Source: a virus | Lineage: Duplodnaviria > Caudoviricetes | IMG/VR virus record: IMGVR_UViG_3300016472_000394 | Coordinates: 1-62,137 of that record | DNA length: 62,137 nt | Direction: 5' to 3' (one strand) | Shown here: positions 19,585-31,050 of the stretch, piece after piece | How the letters are laid out: each line of letters opens with the position of its first letter | Position numbering within the stretch: position 1 is the first letter of the stretch | Position numbers and translations under genes: made by a program | The notes under the pieces: model-generated | The model's database searches: none | What the model was told of the DNA's origin: nothing | The model's input: only the letters and a program-made list of their open reading frames with translations

Positions 19585-22500
19585 TTAACTTTCCGGTGGA
19601 GTTGGTTCAGTTGCAGGTAGTGTACCAACAGATGGGTTTGTAGGTGTAACCCCGCCATCAGATGGTGATATTGGTCTTCTTGGTTCTTCTAATAAAACAT
19701 TACCAACTGCACTTATACCCTTTGGATTAGATGCTATTTGAGTTGATAATCCACCAAACACACCCGTAGTACTTGCAGCATTTAATGTAAATGGATCTGC
19801 AGTATATACTTCAACAACAGGAGTTCCATCAAATGATTTATTCCACTTACTACCCCTTGTCATCATATTATTAAGTCCTGGTTGTATTTCGGATGGTTGT
19901 AAAGCATCGTTTAGATTTGATTGGTCATACCTATAAATACTCTGCCCATTATTTAATACAACCGTTGGTGGTTGCCCTATATAACTAATACTTTTTGCAG
20001 ATTTAAATGTTCGAGATTTCATAAAATTATTCCCAGTAGGAACATATGGTACTATACTCAAATTAGCAGTTCGACTCTGAACAGTTGTTGTTATTTGAGG
20101 TGTATTACTACTTACAACAATAGTATTAGAAGTCGGTTGAAGAACTGCAGGTAATTGGGTTGCAACACCACTATAATTACTCATCATAGAAGAATATCCG
20201 GCATTTACCGCAGATGTTCCTGGTGGTGGTGCTGCCAATGCACTAATACCACCACCACTATGAATCGGTACTGATACCGTAAGTTTTTGATTACCTATTT
20301 CTATTTTTGCATCACCCGGCCAATGTAACTTATTTCTTTCTAATATATGGGGTTCAATCAATATACCAGAATAATAATTTGCTCTCGCAGGAATAAGTTG
20401 ATTTATTTGGCTGAATATACTATCATCATAATTGGATGCTAATTCTAAAAGTAAATTGGTAGGTGAAAGATTTTGATATGTAATTCCCTCACTTGAATTT
20501 AAATAATCAAAATATTTGGAAGATGTTATTCGTAATGATGGATAATATGTTTTTTTCCTATCAATAGGATCTCCAATCCAATCATCTATTATTGAGTAAT
20601 TACCCGTAGATTGAAAACTCCACGAATACATATGCGTATTTAATGTATCGGTTGTGGAAAAATAAACACCTAATAAATTAGAGTCTAATGGTGCATCATC
20701 AAATTGTCTACTAATTCTACTTTGGTCAATATCTAAATAATCCCCATTCATAGTAGAACTTTCAATTCTAATTTTATTATTGGTGTTGTTTTGTAACATC
20801 CCCCCAACAAAAAATTGATTATCATGAACTGATAAACTTGCCGTTATAATCGGCCCACCATATTCTTTAATCTTTAAGAACTTTTCAGATATACCATAGC
20901 AAGACATTATCGCTTCTATTGATTGGCGAGTACCCTTTGTTTTATAAATGTATGGTAAGTTGTTTATTATCCTTCGCCATATTTCATACTTTACTTTTTG
21001 TTTTGGTTTTACTACCGCTAAATTAGAAACCGCAGAAGATGCTGATGTTGGTGATAAACTACCTGATGTAGTAATACCAACCGAATAATCCCATAATGAT
21101 GAATCTCCATACCCATCCGCTAATTTCCACCCCAAAGAATTTGCTACACTATAAAGTAATTCATCAGGCATCCCATCTTCTGGGTGTTCCTCTCTATCAT
21201 TTGTAGATGTTATTTCTTTTGCGGCATTCCAAATCATATCAAAAAAGTGTCCTGTCATATCCACAAATTTGATATAATCATCATTTAATTTATCTTCCGC
21301 AATTGATACCGGAATTAATTTTGATAATTTAGAATCGTTTTGTGAATCAAATAAGGATGCAGAACTATATACCCCATTGTACCAACTTTCAACAATTGAA
21401 CCGGTCGGATGGTAAAAAATATATGGATTTGTTTGTGTTTTTGGATATGGAACAATACTATTATCAAATTTATAATGTGTATATAATGACTCAGATGTAT
21501 AATAATTTGATTCATATGAACCAGAACCATAATAATACAACCAATTTTCAAATGCATCAAAATTAGTAGTTATTTCATCTATTTTAGATAAAGATTGTGT
21601 TATATTTACTAATGAATATGGGCCAGGAATCCCTTTTAATTCAGTAATTCTATCTTCATAATTACGAAGTTTAATCATTTTATCCAAAAATACATCCAAT
21701 CTTTCTACCGCAGATGAATATTTAATAAAATTTGAAAAATTAGAATAATCTATATTTAGATTTTGAGGTTTTTGACTGAAATATTTATCTATAACACGAT
21801 TAGAAGAACTTATTGGAAGTAAATCCTTCCACGTTTTATAATCAGTATAAACAGATTTCCCCCAACCATCCAAAGGAATATTAAAGTTTGGTTCTGACCA
21901 AAATGGTTCTTCTAAATCTTGAAATACTCTCCACGCTATTATTTTTTCAATAAAAGATTTTTGTAGTCTACCATATATTCCTATTCTAGTTCCTATTTCA
22001 ACATCATCTGGAAGTGGTTTGTATAATTTCAGTATTAAACCCGTATAAGTTTGTGTTGCATTAGATGTTGTATTTATAACTCTATATGGTACACCACTTA
22101 ACCAAATTTGAACCCTATTTGCAAAATTTGGAATAGGTTTTAGGTCTAAATTTAATCCCAAAAAGTCATTTGTAATTGCATAAACTCCAAACTCAGAATT
22201 ATCAGGCGCAACAAGCGGTGCTGCACCATTCTCTTGTAACAATTTTTGTGCACGTATCCACGCTCTTACCTGTAAAGCTATTACGGAGTGAACCCTTAAA
22301 TATCTTTCAATTATTCTACCCTCTGCATTATTTTTTTTACGATTAGGTAATGCATCATACTCTCTATCTAATTGTTCTATATTTCTTTTACATTCATCTA
22401 TTAAAAAATTTGCAGCATTAATCGTATTTAATGATAATTCACCCAAAGCAACACCTCTCCGCCATTGAACTCCATTAAATTGCCTATTCAAAGAATTTCT

Positions 22501-24045
22501 ATGATAACCTATTATTTCTTCATACGCTCTTAATGTTCTTTCTAATTCACCTTCAAATGTTTCTTTATTACCAATTGCAATACCACCCGCCACTAATAAT
22601 GCCGCTATTACCACTATAGCTCCGATTCCGGTGGCAGATAATCCTCCTGCTGCACCGGTAAGGGCTGAGGTACTGGCGGCGCCTGTACTTACGGCACCTG
22701 TACCGGCAGCACCACCCACCGTTGTACCACCTAATATATTAGCAATACCCGCAAGTCCATATGTAGAGGTGCCCCCCATAACACCAGCGGATGAAGCTAA
22801 AAATGGTGTTACTGCCGGTACTATCGGTGCTGCTGCACCAGCAGTAAATACACCTGCCCCAAATGCAGCACCACCCGCTGCCCCTGCACCTAAAAAATAC
22901 CCTAATCCGGAGCCCGGTGGGTCATATTCTACACCCACCGAAATACCGGTGGCAAGTGCCAATCCTGCAATATATCTTTGTTCCCACTTTTCCTGTCTTT
23001 TATTTTTTTGATTTTCTATTAAAATATTAACCGTATTATTTATGGTGGCTAGTTGGGCATCTATAGATGGTCCTGAATTACTAAAGTTTGGTATTCCGTG
23101 CCAAAAATATAGTGGTGCTCCTATATAATCTTGTGAAAAATTGTGAGGTGGTAATGAAAATCCTTTTGTATAATCAGTTTCTGTCCATCGTTCTATATAC
23201 CAATTTAAATTCTCAAACTCATCTAATTGAGGGGGGGTTTCATTTACAGTAGAAAGTGATGGTGGTGCACCTAACCTCCAAAAAGCACCACGATTCGTTG
23301 GTTGATTACCATTAATATAATATTCTACAAAGTAAGAACCCCTCCTACCATCACCAGAAGTTATTTGTGTTTTAATCCAAATGGTTGGTAATCCTCTAAA
23401 ATTAGATGTAGGATATGGTGCTCTTTTAACTTTTGTTCCTTCAAAAAGTATGTGTGATATATCAGATATTTTATTTTCACCACAATTTAATACAAACTCC
23501 TCTAAACCAGTTGCAAATGTAGGTCTATTAAAATACGCTTCATCATCATAAAATTCTTTTAAGGTAATTACGGATTGTTGTAATCCAATTTGATCTTCAT
23601 ATTTTGAACGTATCTTAACCTTAACTTCAGTTCTATCGGATGATACCTGTTCAATAACCATCTGTCTATCTTCAACATCACCAGTAAATTTATACATAGT
23701 ATTATATACCATATTATAACTTCCCTGATCAAAACCCATTACTCGTAAATCTTGCTCCGGTTTAAAATAAAATGAACCAGATGCGTCCTGTATGGGTTCA
23801 TCGTATAAAGAATCTAAATATTCATCATCAGAATATACATGGATTTCTTTTAACAATCCGGCGGTTCTACCCACATAACCAGCACTACTAATTCTAACTT
23901 CTGCTTTTATTTGCCTGTCAACAGCAGGTGAAATTGAGGCACTTAAATTTTCTAGTAAATTTCTATCTTTTGATAAAAAAGTTTCACCATATGAAGGACT
24001 TAATCCTAAAACTTCATCTATATTTTCAAATCTATCTAATGCCAT
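19585..24045 (-). CDS. Large baseplate wedge-like structural protein with a Gly/Ala-rich hydrophobic insertion
   Basis: RIINNLPYIYKTKGTRQSIEAIMSCYG (tail protein I/gp7-like motif); located in the baseplate cluster. Confidence 0.6.
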   Translation of the reverse strand: MALDRFENIDEVLGLSPSYGETFLSKDRNLLENLSASISPAVDRQIKAEVRISSAGYVGRTAGLLKEIHVYSDDEYLDSLYDEPIQDASGSFYFKPEQDLRVMGFDQGSYNMVYNTMYKFTGDVEDRQMVIEQVSSDRTEVKVKIRSKYEDQIGLQQSVITLKEFYDDEAYFNRPTFATGLEEFVLNCGENKISDISHILFEGTKVKRAPYPTSNFRGLPTIWIKTQITSGDGRRGSYFVEYYINGNQPTNRGAFWRLGAPPSLSTVNETPPQLDEFENLNWYIERWTETDYTKGFSLPPHNFSQDYIGAPLYFWHGIPNFSNSGPSIDAQLATINNTVNILIENQKNKRQEKWEQRYIAGLALATGISVGVEYDPPGSGLGYFLGAGAAGGAAFGAGVFTAGAAAPIVPAVTPFLASSAGVMGGTSTYGLAGIANILGGTTVGGAAGTGAVSTGAASTSALTGAAGGLSATGIGAIVVIAALLVAGGIAIGNKETFEGELERTLRAYEEIIGYHRNSLNRQFNGVQWRRGVALGELSLNTINAANFLIDECKRNIEQLDREYDALPNRKKNNAEGRIIERYLRVHSVIALQVRAWIRAQKLLQENGAAPLVAPDNSEFGVYAITNDFLGLNLDLKPIPNFANRVQIWLSGVPYRVINTTSNATQTYTGLILKLYKPLPDDVEIGTRIGIYGRLQKSFIEKIIAWRVFQDLEEPFWSEPNFNIPLDGWGKSVYTDYKTWKDLLPISSSNRVIDKYFSQKPQNLNIDYSNFSNFIKYSSAVERLDVFLDKMIKLRNYEDRITELKGIPGPYSLVNITQSLSKIDEITTNFDAFENWLYYYGSGSYESNYYTSESLYTHYKFDNSIVPYPKTQTNPYIFYHPTGSIVESWYNGVYSSASLFDSQNDSKLSKLIPVSIAEDKLNDDYIKFVDMTGHFFDMIWNAAKEITSTNDREEHPEDGMPDELLYSVANSLGWKLADGYGDSSLWDYSVGITTSGSLSPTSASSAVSNLAVVKPKQKVKYEIWRRIINNLPYIYKTKGTRQSIEAIMSCYGISEKFLKIKEYGGPIITASLSVHDNQFFVGGMLQNNTNNKIRIESSTMNGDYLDIDQSRISRQFDDAPLDSNLLGVYFSTTDTLNTHMYSWSFQSTGNYSIIDDWIGDPIDRKKTYYPSLRITSSKYFDYLNSSEGITYQNLSPTNLLLELASNYDDSIFSQINQLIPARANYYSGILIEPHILERNKLHWPGDAKIEIGNQKLTVSVPIHSGGGISALAAPPPGTSAVNAGYSSMMSNYSGVATQLPAVLQPTSNTIVVSSNTPQITTTVQSRTANLSIVPYVPTGNNFMKSRTFKSAKSISYIGQPPTVVLNNGQSIYRYDQSNLNDALQPSEIQPGLNNMMTRGSKWNKSFDGTPVVEVYTADPFTLNAASTTGVFGGLSTQIASNPKGISAVGNVLLEEPRRPISPSDGGVTPTNPSVGTLPATEPTPPES

Positions 24046-24062
24046 TTTTCATCCAATAACCA

Positions 24063-25691
24063 TTAACAATTGTGTGTATCTATTATTCTACCAACACCTC
24101 TTTCAATTTTGAAAGCACGTTTTATACCACCTGCCTGAAAAGCAAACCATTTAGTATTAAAATTATTTGGTATAAAGGTGTTTAATGCATTTATATTCAT
24201 ATTATTTTTATATATAAAATCACCAACCGCCAATCTTCCAATTGGTTTATGTGTATAATATGTGTGAAACTGTCGCCATCTTCTACATGCTGCGCCACCC
24301 GTTTCTGCATCCCATTCCGTCGTTGCGTTGGGATTACCACCTATCATTTCAAACATAGATGAGCCGGTATTATAGGTTATGGCGGGGGTTGTAATATTTG
24401 AGCCGGGTATTGTTATACCTGATATAGTTATTCCTAATTGAGATGCCATAGGAATACCCAAAGAATTAGAACACACATCAATATCTAAAATTTTACCATC
24501 CAATTTATCAATTTTAAATCTACGTTTTACACCATCACTAACACCAATTCCATTAAAGGCTATCCATTTAGTATCATTCGGGTCTCTAATAGGTAATCCC
24601 CTTGAATCATATATTTTATCACCAATTGTAAGTTGGCCTATTTGTTTGTTTTGAGTGTAATAACTATAAGTACCTATACTATTACAATTACCAACCCCAT
24701 TTGTATTAGGATTCTGAGGTCCGTGTAAATTTATACTAACTGAAGAAGGAATTGGTGGTAAATTTGAATTTGGACAATATTTTATTTCCATTATTCTACC
24801 CGTATCTTTACTTAATTTAAATGCAATTTTATATCCCCCTGCTGAAAATGCTTTCCAATAATCTGTACCTGTTCCCAAAATAACAGTTTGCGCGCCACGA
24901 TGTCCATCATCGGAAAAATTATCTCTTGGACCGTATATACCCGCAGATATAGAATCATTTTCATATTTGTAAATATAATCACCTACGGTCAATTCATAAA
25001 TAATTTTTTGTGTCCAAAAATTGTATTCATCCCTCCATTCATCACATGCTCTACCATCACTAATACTCCTATAATTATTACCCTCATCAGAACCCCTCAT
25101 ATAGTATAATAGTGGCCCATTTGGTCTTGGGCCACCCGAATCCGCACATATATGAATATCTAATATTTTACCAGTACCTTTTTCAAGTTTAAAAGACCTT
25201 TTAACCCCCCCTGCCATAAAAGCCATTCGTTTATTATCATCCATAAAAACTAACACCGTTAATCCTTGTGGATCTTTATAAATATAATCACCAACCTGCA
25301 CATCCCATATAGGATTGATGGTGTAATATGATTGTTGGTCTTCCCACCTATTACACGCACCCGCATGAGAATTACCCGCACCAACGTTAGAAACAGATAA
25401 TCCCTTCATTTCCCACACAGGAAAACTCCCATTTGGTAATACTGAACTTGCGGTTTTATATCCAAACTCATAAAATGGGAATGAATTTTGTGTAATATCG
25501 AATGCCACTAAAACGGATTTAAATGGTAATTCAAAACCATTTAATTCTAATGGGTATTGTTCATAATAAGAATCTTCATCAAATTTAATTACACCGGATT
25601 CAAGATAAACCTTACCATATTCTTCATTAGAAGATGTTATTTCATACGAAACTATTTGTCCAAAATCATTTCTTTTTATTTCTCGTTCCAT
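24063..25691 (-). CDS. Structural protein with four Cys-bracketed tandem domains
   Basis: Four copies of C...YYT...L.VGD.IY...AF..GG.KR.FK...G.I.DI..C. Confidence 0.55.
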   Translation of the reverse strand: MEREIKRNDFGQIVSYEITSSNEEYGKVYLESGVIKFDEDSYYEQYPLELNGFELPFKSVLVAFDITQNSFPFYEFGYKTASSVLPNGSFPVWEMKGLSVSNVGAGNSHAGACNRWEDQQSYYTINPIWDVQVGDYIYKDPQGLTVLVFMDDNKRMAFMAGGVKRSFKLEKGTGKILDIHICADSGGPRPNGPLLYYMRGSDEGNNYRSISDGRACDEWRDEYNFWTQKIIYELTVGDYIYKYENDSISAGIYGPRDNFSDDGHRGAQTVILGTGTDYWKAFSAGGYKIAFKLSKDTGRIMEIKYCPNSNLPPIPSSVSINLHGPQNPNTNGVGNCNSIGTYSYYTQNKQIGQLTIGDKIYDSRGLPIRDPNDTKWIAFNGIGVSDGVKRRFKIDKLDGKILDIDVCSNSLGIPMASQLGITISGITIPGSNITTPAITYNTGSSMFEMIGGNPNATTEWDAETGGAACRRWRQFHTYYTHKPIGRLAVGDFIYKNNMNINALNTFIPNNFNTKWFAFQAGGIKRAFKIERGVGRIIDTHNC

Positions 25692-26788
25692 TATCTAACT
25701 ACTTTAAAATAAAAATTATCTATATAATAATTAGAAATAGAATCAGTATCTACTCTAATTAAAAACTCATAATATCTTTCAGGCTGTAATGTATTAAACC
25801 AAAAATCAAAATAATTACCTTCGGAATCACAACTTAACTTTGTATAAGTAGTATCAAACGGAATTATAAATGATTTACTTTCCGCATCGCGGAGAGACCA
25901 ATAAGATGATGATGGCAAGTATTTTATGGTAGATAATCCACCACTATTACCAAATGTTCTTTGCGGATATCTTTCTCTACCCACAACTCTAATCCTATCT
26001 TTTGAAGTATTTAAGTATTTAGATTTTAACTTTGGTAAATAAACAATAATATTATCCAAAGATAGGGAAGATAGTGAACCTGTTGTAAATATGGTATTAT
26101 CCCAGCGGGTTTCTAATATGGGGGAATAAATGGTAGTTGTATTTGAAGAAAAGTATTTTGCAGAACCAAAACTAATACTACCCGATTCCACTTCTTTAAT
26201 AGTTGGTAACTTAATAATAAATCCATTGTTGGGTCTACTACCACTTATAATATCAGTTACATAATTTGTTATATCCAAATTAATATCCGATACTGTCCTA
26301 CCAAAAGATTGTGAATACTTTGTATTGTTTACAGATGATGTGTACCAATTACCACCACCGCTAACTATTAAAAAAGAAGATGTTGCATCGCCCGATGCTA
26401 AACTCCAAGATACATTGGTTTGGCTATTAACCCAATTTACATCATTTTCATTTTTAGGATCATTTATATACCTACCAACACCATCCGTCCAACTTTGAGA
26501 TATTGGATAAACTTCTAATGAATAATTTGTTGGTATTTCCGTTTCTTCAGTGGATGTTAATCTTAAAAAATATTTAATATCACTTCCAGAAATAATTCCT
26601 GATGATAATGATTGTGATATGTGTTCTACATCAAATTGAATTAAAATTCTACTATTACCACCAAATGAGTTATATTGGTCATAATATTTTCTTACTTCAA
26701 GTATTTCATCATTACTTACATTTCGTAATTGATTATCACTATCTTCATATATTGTAGTATCTTTTTGAGGATATATTCTATAAATCAT
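25691..26788 (-). CDS. Virion protein with DNRLRE-like domain
   Basis: KDTTIYE...SRILIQFD...YPISQSW.DG.G...NNGFIIK...P.LE.RWD. Confidence 0.55.
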   Translation of the reverse strand: MIYRIYPQKDTTIYEDSDNQLRNVSNDEILEVRKYYDQYNSFGGNSRILIQFDVEHISQSLSSGIISGSDIKYFLRLTSTEETEIPTNYSLEVYPISQSWTDGVGRYINDPKNENDVNWVNSQTNVSWSLASGDATSSFLIVSGGGNWYTSSVNNTKYSQSFGRTVSDINLDITNYVTDIISGSRPNNGFIIKLPTIKEVESGSISFGSAKYFSSNTTTIYSPILETRWDNTIFTTGSLSSLSLDNIIVYLPKLKSKYLNTSKDRIRVVGRERYPQRTFGNSGGLSTIKYLPSSSYWSLRDAESKSFIIPFDTTYTKLSCDSEGNYFDFWFNTLQPERYYEFLIRVDTDSISNYYIDNFYFKVVR

Positions 26789-26798
26789 TTATTTCTCC

Positions 26799-28691
26799 CT
26801 AAAATAACGGAACTACTCTACCCTTAATATCCAAATCAGGATACTTAACCTCAAAAATTGCTGGGTCTTTTGCTGGATATATAATACCATTTCTTGTAGC
26901 ATTTTTTATATTATATCTTTTATTGGAATAATTTCCACCATATTTAGATACTATTTGTAATCCACCATCACCCCCAGTAGATGGCCTTACAACCGTTTGT
27001 ACACCATCGACCGAATCTAATAATACATATATATCAGATAATAATATAGGTTGATTTATTTGCCATTTATCTATATTAAAATAATTTTTTAATTCCGCAA
27101 TACATTTTAATAAAACCTCATTAGCATTATAATTTGGTAATGTAACAATTTCAAATTCAACACCAATATTAATTATATTAGCATCTAATATACTTACAGC
27201 ATCGGTTAAAATCCTATAATATGAAATATAATTTTTAAGATTTTGTTTTGTAGCAATATTTAATACATCCAAAGAACCAATATTATTTTTTCCCAATGTA
27301 AAAATATTTAATCCCAAAGAATTTAATGTTGCTATTTTAGATGTACTACGTGTTTTATAATCAGGAACAACATATACTTTAGAAATTGAACCAAATTGCG
27401 GCGGTAAAGAATATGCTCTTACTGTATAATCATTTAAAGTAACTGCCCTATTTTGTGTTGGAAAAAACGCCATAGTTTTCTGTCTAATTTCTTCGGTAGT
27501 TTCAGGAAATTTACCACCAGAAGATGGTTCTTCGTTTATAACCGCCAAAGAAGATTCTACTTCATTTGCTACAGCAGTTGTTACAGTTGTTAATGCTGAA
27601 AAATCATGTAAAAATACTCTATTAGTTATATTAGTTAAATCTTTTGCAGGTATATTATCACTAATACCCGTACCTACCCTATATACAACTGTCAAAGTAG
27701 TATTTGATGGTGTTAATCCATACTCCGATGTATATAAAAAATTTGATGGATCTATTGAATTAACTATATTATCTAATTTTAGATTCAGTTTTGGGTCAGG
27801 CACCAAATCTTCTAATGTAGTAGATACACCTGCCCCAAATTGAATTGATAGAGAACCATTGGGTTCTATTCTTGTAATATACCTTTTTGGAACTTTTTTT
27901 AATTTTAAAACATATGGTGTTTCTTGATTATAATCCTCTAATCCGGTATTATTACTACTTATATTTTTTATTTCTTCAAAAACAGTTTGTTGTGCAAGAA
28001 AATCCACTTTCGTCCACAAATCACCGGATGAATCAGTTATACTAACCACATCTATTATACCCTCATCAGATAAATTTATTTTATCATATGGTTTAGGACT
28101 AGAAAATGTAAATTGCTGTGTGATTAATCTACCACTAATTGCTTCTACTTTCTTTTTAAGTAAAAACCTTTCTGGATCATTACTACTATCAACCTGATAA
28201 ACGGATATTTCCATATTATCAAAAAATGATGATGAGTTTGAAAAATCCACTATTTTTTTAGTAGAAAACACAACATCATTATTTAATGTGGATGATATTT
28301 CCATACCTTCTTTAATCACCAACGCATAACGTAAATCTGGTATTTTACTACCAGCACCACCAATAGCAGGAACTAATTGATATACGCTTAAAACGGTAGT
28401 AGATGGCGAATATAATTTTGGTTTATATCCAAGAGATTGGGCTATTGATATTACATTATTTACTTCTTTCGCCTGCTCTAATATACTCTCTCTTAATTGT
28501 GTATCAGTATAATATGATAAAACATCCCCAATATATGCAGCCATTTCCATAAACATCATACCAGGAGATGATTCATTAAAATCATTGTAGGTATCTGGGT
28601 AATATTGTTTGGCAAAATCTATAAGATTTGACCTAAGTTGCCCAAAATCCCTACCTATTAAATTAACTTCTTTTTTTGAATCATTTAACAT
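26799..28691 (-). CDS. Baseplate wedge subunit (T4 gp6-like)
   Basis: RDFGQLRSNL...DFNESSPGMMFME..AYIGDVLSYY, IQFGAG, QNRAVT..DY. Confidence 0.88.
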   Translation of the reverse strand: MLNDSKKEVNLIGRDFGQLRSNLIDFAKQYYPDTYNDFNESSPGMMFMEMAAYIGDVLSYYTDTQLRESILEQAKEVNNVISIAQSLGYKPKLYSPSTTVLSVYQLVPAIGGAGSKIPDLRYALVIKEGMEISSTLNNDVVFSTKKIVDFSNSSSFFDNMEISVYQVDSSNDPERFLLKKKVEAISGRLITQQFTFSSPKPYDKINLSDEGIIDVVSITDSSGDLWTKVDFLAQQTVFEEIKNISSNNTGLEDYNQETPYVLKLKKVPKRYITRIEPNGSLSIQFGAGVSTTLEDLVPDPKLNLKLDNIVNSIDPSNFLYTSEYGLTPSNTTLTVVYRVGTGISDNIPAKDLTNITNRVFLHDFSALTTVTTAVANEVESSLAVINEEPSSGGKFPETTEEIRQKTMAFFPTQNRAVTLNDYTVRAYSLPPQFGSISKVYVVPDYKTRSTSKIATLNSLGLNIFTLGKNNIGSLDVLNIATKQNLKNYISYYRILTDAVSILDANIINIGVEFEIVTLPNYNANEVLLKCIAELKNYFNIDKWQINQPILLSDIYVLLDSVDGVQTVVRPSTGGDGGLQIVSKYGGNYSNKRYNIKNATRNGIIYPAKDPAIFEVKYPDLDIKGRVVPLF

Positions 28692-28700
28692 TTAATACTC

Positions 28701-29135
28701 CTACACTATTGATAATGAACCTTGATTATCAACTTCTAAAATTATTGTTTGATTAGAACCCTGCTCAGTAACTTTGAATGAAATTTTTATACTTACTTTA
28801 TTAAAATCCGGATCAGAATTAACTTCAACATTTTGTAATAAAATATAAGGTAGCCAAAAATTAATATCATTTGATAAAGATTCCTGTAAATCGCCTTCCA
28901 AATCAGTATCTATATTTTCAAAAAGAAGTGAATATATATCCGAACCAAAAAGTGGTTGAAACGGTCTTTCACCCTTTCTTGTTAATAAAAGATTTTTTAA
29001 GTTTGATATAGCCTGTTCTTCAGTTGTGTAACTAAGCTTAAACATCTGCCTACCACCCAATGGCAACATTACACCAACCGCTTTATTTGGTTTTAAGTCA
29101 ATTGGGTTATATCTATATTGGGTTCTAAAGGCCAC
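28701..29135 (-). CDS. Baseplate wedge subunit (gp25/GPW-like)
   Basis: NLKNLLLTRKGERPFQPLFGSDI. Confidence 0.9.
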   Translation of the reverse strand: MAFRTQYRYNPIDLKPNKAVGVMLPLGGRQMFKLSYTTEEQAISNLKNLLLTRKGERPFQPLFGSDIYSLLFENIDTDLEGDLQESLSNDINFWLPYILLQNVEVNSDPDFNKVSIKISFKVTEQGSNQTIILEVDNQGSLSIV

Positions 29136-29138
29136 TCA

Positions 29139-29636
29139 TTATCCTCTTTTTTTGTTGTTTATCGCTTGCATCAGTTGAGAATAATCTTTGGTCAAAGCAT
29201 TTACAACCGCTTCACCCTGAGGTGTCTGCGATAATCTATCTAATGATACTGCATTACCTTCAACATCTTGCACCACATTATTTGTGGTATTACCAACCCC
29301 ATTCATAGAACCAAACCCTCTTGCCATATCCGATGTAAATGAATTACCACCATTAATATCCCTCCACTCACCACTTTGATAAGTTTCATTTAATATAGAT
29401 GATAATGCTGAATTACCTCCGAACAATTTCTTTTGGGTTGGTTTTTGTTTTGTTTCAAAAATGTGTTCAACATCCAACGGATCTTTTTCTACAAAAGATG
29501 TTTTTGTAATATGAGTTCCCCTTCGCAATTCTTTTAAAATAGATTCTTTCAACTGCTTTCTCTCCAAAGTGATTTGTTTTTTAACTTCACTTTCAACAAT
29601 AAGCTTTATTGCTTGAATTAATTTTTTTGTGTTCAT
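29139..29636 (-). CDS. Hypothetical phage protein
   Basis: 165-aa ORF in the operon, TATTTAT motif upstream. Confidence 0.6.
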   Translation of the reverse strand: MNTKKLIQAIKLIVESEVKKQITLERKQLKESILKELRRGTHITKTSFVEKDPLDVEHIFETKQKPTQKKLFGGNSALSSILNETYQSGEWRDINGGNSFTSDMARGFGSMNGVGNTTNNVVQDVEGNAVSLDRLSQTPQGEAVVNALTKDYSQLMQAINNKKRG

Positions 29637-29653
29637 AATAATAAATACTATTT

Positions 29654-30691
29654 TTATACATTTTTAATTTTGGTCAATCTTGTCTGTAACCCAACTATTT
29701 GTGGTAAAACGGTAGATGTTAATTGAGTTGTTGCTAATAACGCAGGTGCTCCTATCGGTGTAAGAGGTGGTACTGTCAATGCAGAATATGTGGTTGTTAA
29801 ACCTATCAATGCCTGATTTATTGATTGTACCGTATTAAATAATGTTTCTACAATAGAAACCAATTCATTAACATCTGCTTTATATTGTGAAGTGGATAAA
29901 TAAATATTATTTTTACCACTTAAAATAATACTATCACTTTTACTATTAAAAACCAACCTATCTGAATTTATAATAACTTGTGAATTGGAATAAATACCGG
30001 GAAGTTTTCTAACATCTATAATTGATGTCTTATTTGATAATTTTATTTTTATTTGTTGCTTATCAGTAAGCCATATAGAACTTTTATCCTCATTAATATT
30101 TTCTATTATAAATTTATCATATCCTTTATTTTGGGATACACCATTTTTTATTATGGTAATTGGTGATTTTGGATTTGTAGAAATCCATGATGGTTTGTTT
30201 CTTGCTCTTGTCCCATTTGGGGTATATCCAAATCTAATTGATTGGCCAAATCTTCCCTCAAATATAACATCACCTATAAATGGTTGTATTTGTGATATAG
30301 TATCATCCGAAAAAAATCCCGCGCCAAATCCGGAAGTATTTACCGCCGATGGTGGTCTATTTACTTTTTGTGAAGTAAAATTATTTAATTTTGATGTTAA
30401 TTCTAATGTGTTTACATTTGCTTTTGGAAGTGGATTATTATTAATCGCCCTATGTAAAAAAGTTGGAGATATATAATAATAAGTTGAATCGCTTGCACTT
30501 TTTGTAGCGTTCACACCCATAGTTGATATTAAATACACATGTTCCCCAACAATAGGTATTGATTTAACATATGGATTTAATGGATACGCTATAACCTTAA
30601 TAGAAGTTCCAAAACCATCTCTTTTAGAGACCTCTATTTTATAAGTATCATTACCAGCATTTAAAAATACTTCAGTTACCTCACCAAGCAT
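29654..30691 (-). CDS. Baseplate hub/central spike protein (gp5-like OB-fold)
   Basis: IPIVGEHV, GDVIFEGRFGQSIRFG, QVIINSDRLVFNS; adjacent to gp25/gp6. Confidence 0.65.
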   Translation of the reverse strand: MLGEVTEVFLNAGNDTYKIEVSKRDGFGTSIKVIAYPLNPYVKSIPIVGEHVYLISTMGVNATKSASDSTYYYISPTFLHRAINNNPLPKANVNTLELTSKLNNFTSQKVNRPPSAVNTSGFGAGFFSDDTISQIQPFIGDVIFEGRFGQSIRFGYTPNGTRARNKPSWISTNPKSPITIIKNGVSQNKGYDKFIIENINEDKSSIWLTDKQQIKIKLSNKTSIIDVRKLPGIYSNSQVIINSDRLVFNSKSDSIILSGKNNIYLSTSQYKADVNELVSIVETLFNTVQSINQALIGLTTTYSALTVPPLTPIGAPALLATTQLTSTVLPQIVGLQTRLTKIKNV

Positions 30692-31050
30692 TATTCATCC
30701 TCATCCTTTTTTAGAGATTTTATCTTATTATCAATATCATCTTTTGCTTCCAACAATTGCCTCTTTTCCTCATCGGAAAGTAACAACCCACCATCACCAT
30801 CTGCTTTATCTAATAGTTTTTGAGCAATCGCTGCCATTCTAACTAATTGGTCATCATTCTTTACTGAAACTTCTAAATACTCTTTAATAAGTGGAACAAC
30901 GACTGATGCATCATTTAAGTTTTTTACCAATGGTTCTAATTGCGCAATTAATAGTTTAATCTGCCTATCTTTTTTACGGGAATTATCATATATATCTTTT
31001 AATAAAGATGAAAACGATGTCCCTTTAAATATATCATCATCCTTCGTCAT
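30691..31050 (-). CDS. Hypothetical phage protein
   Basis: 119-aa ORF coupled to neighbours. Confidence 0.6.
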   Translation of the reverse strand: MTKDDDIFKGTSFSSLLKDIYDNSRKKDRQIKLLIAQLEPLVKNLNDASVVVPLIKEYLEVSVKNDDQLVRMAAIAQKLLDKADGDGGLLLSDEEKRQLLEAKDDIDNKIKSLKKDEDE

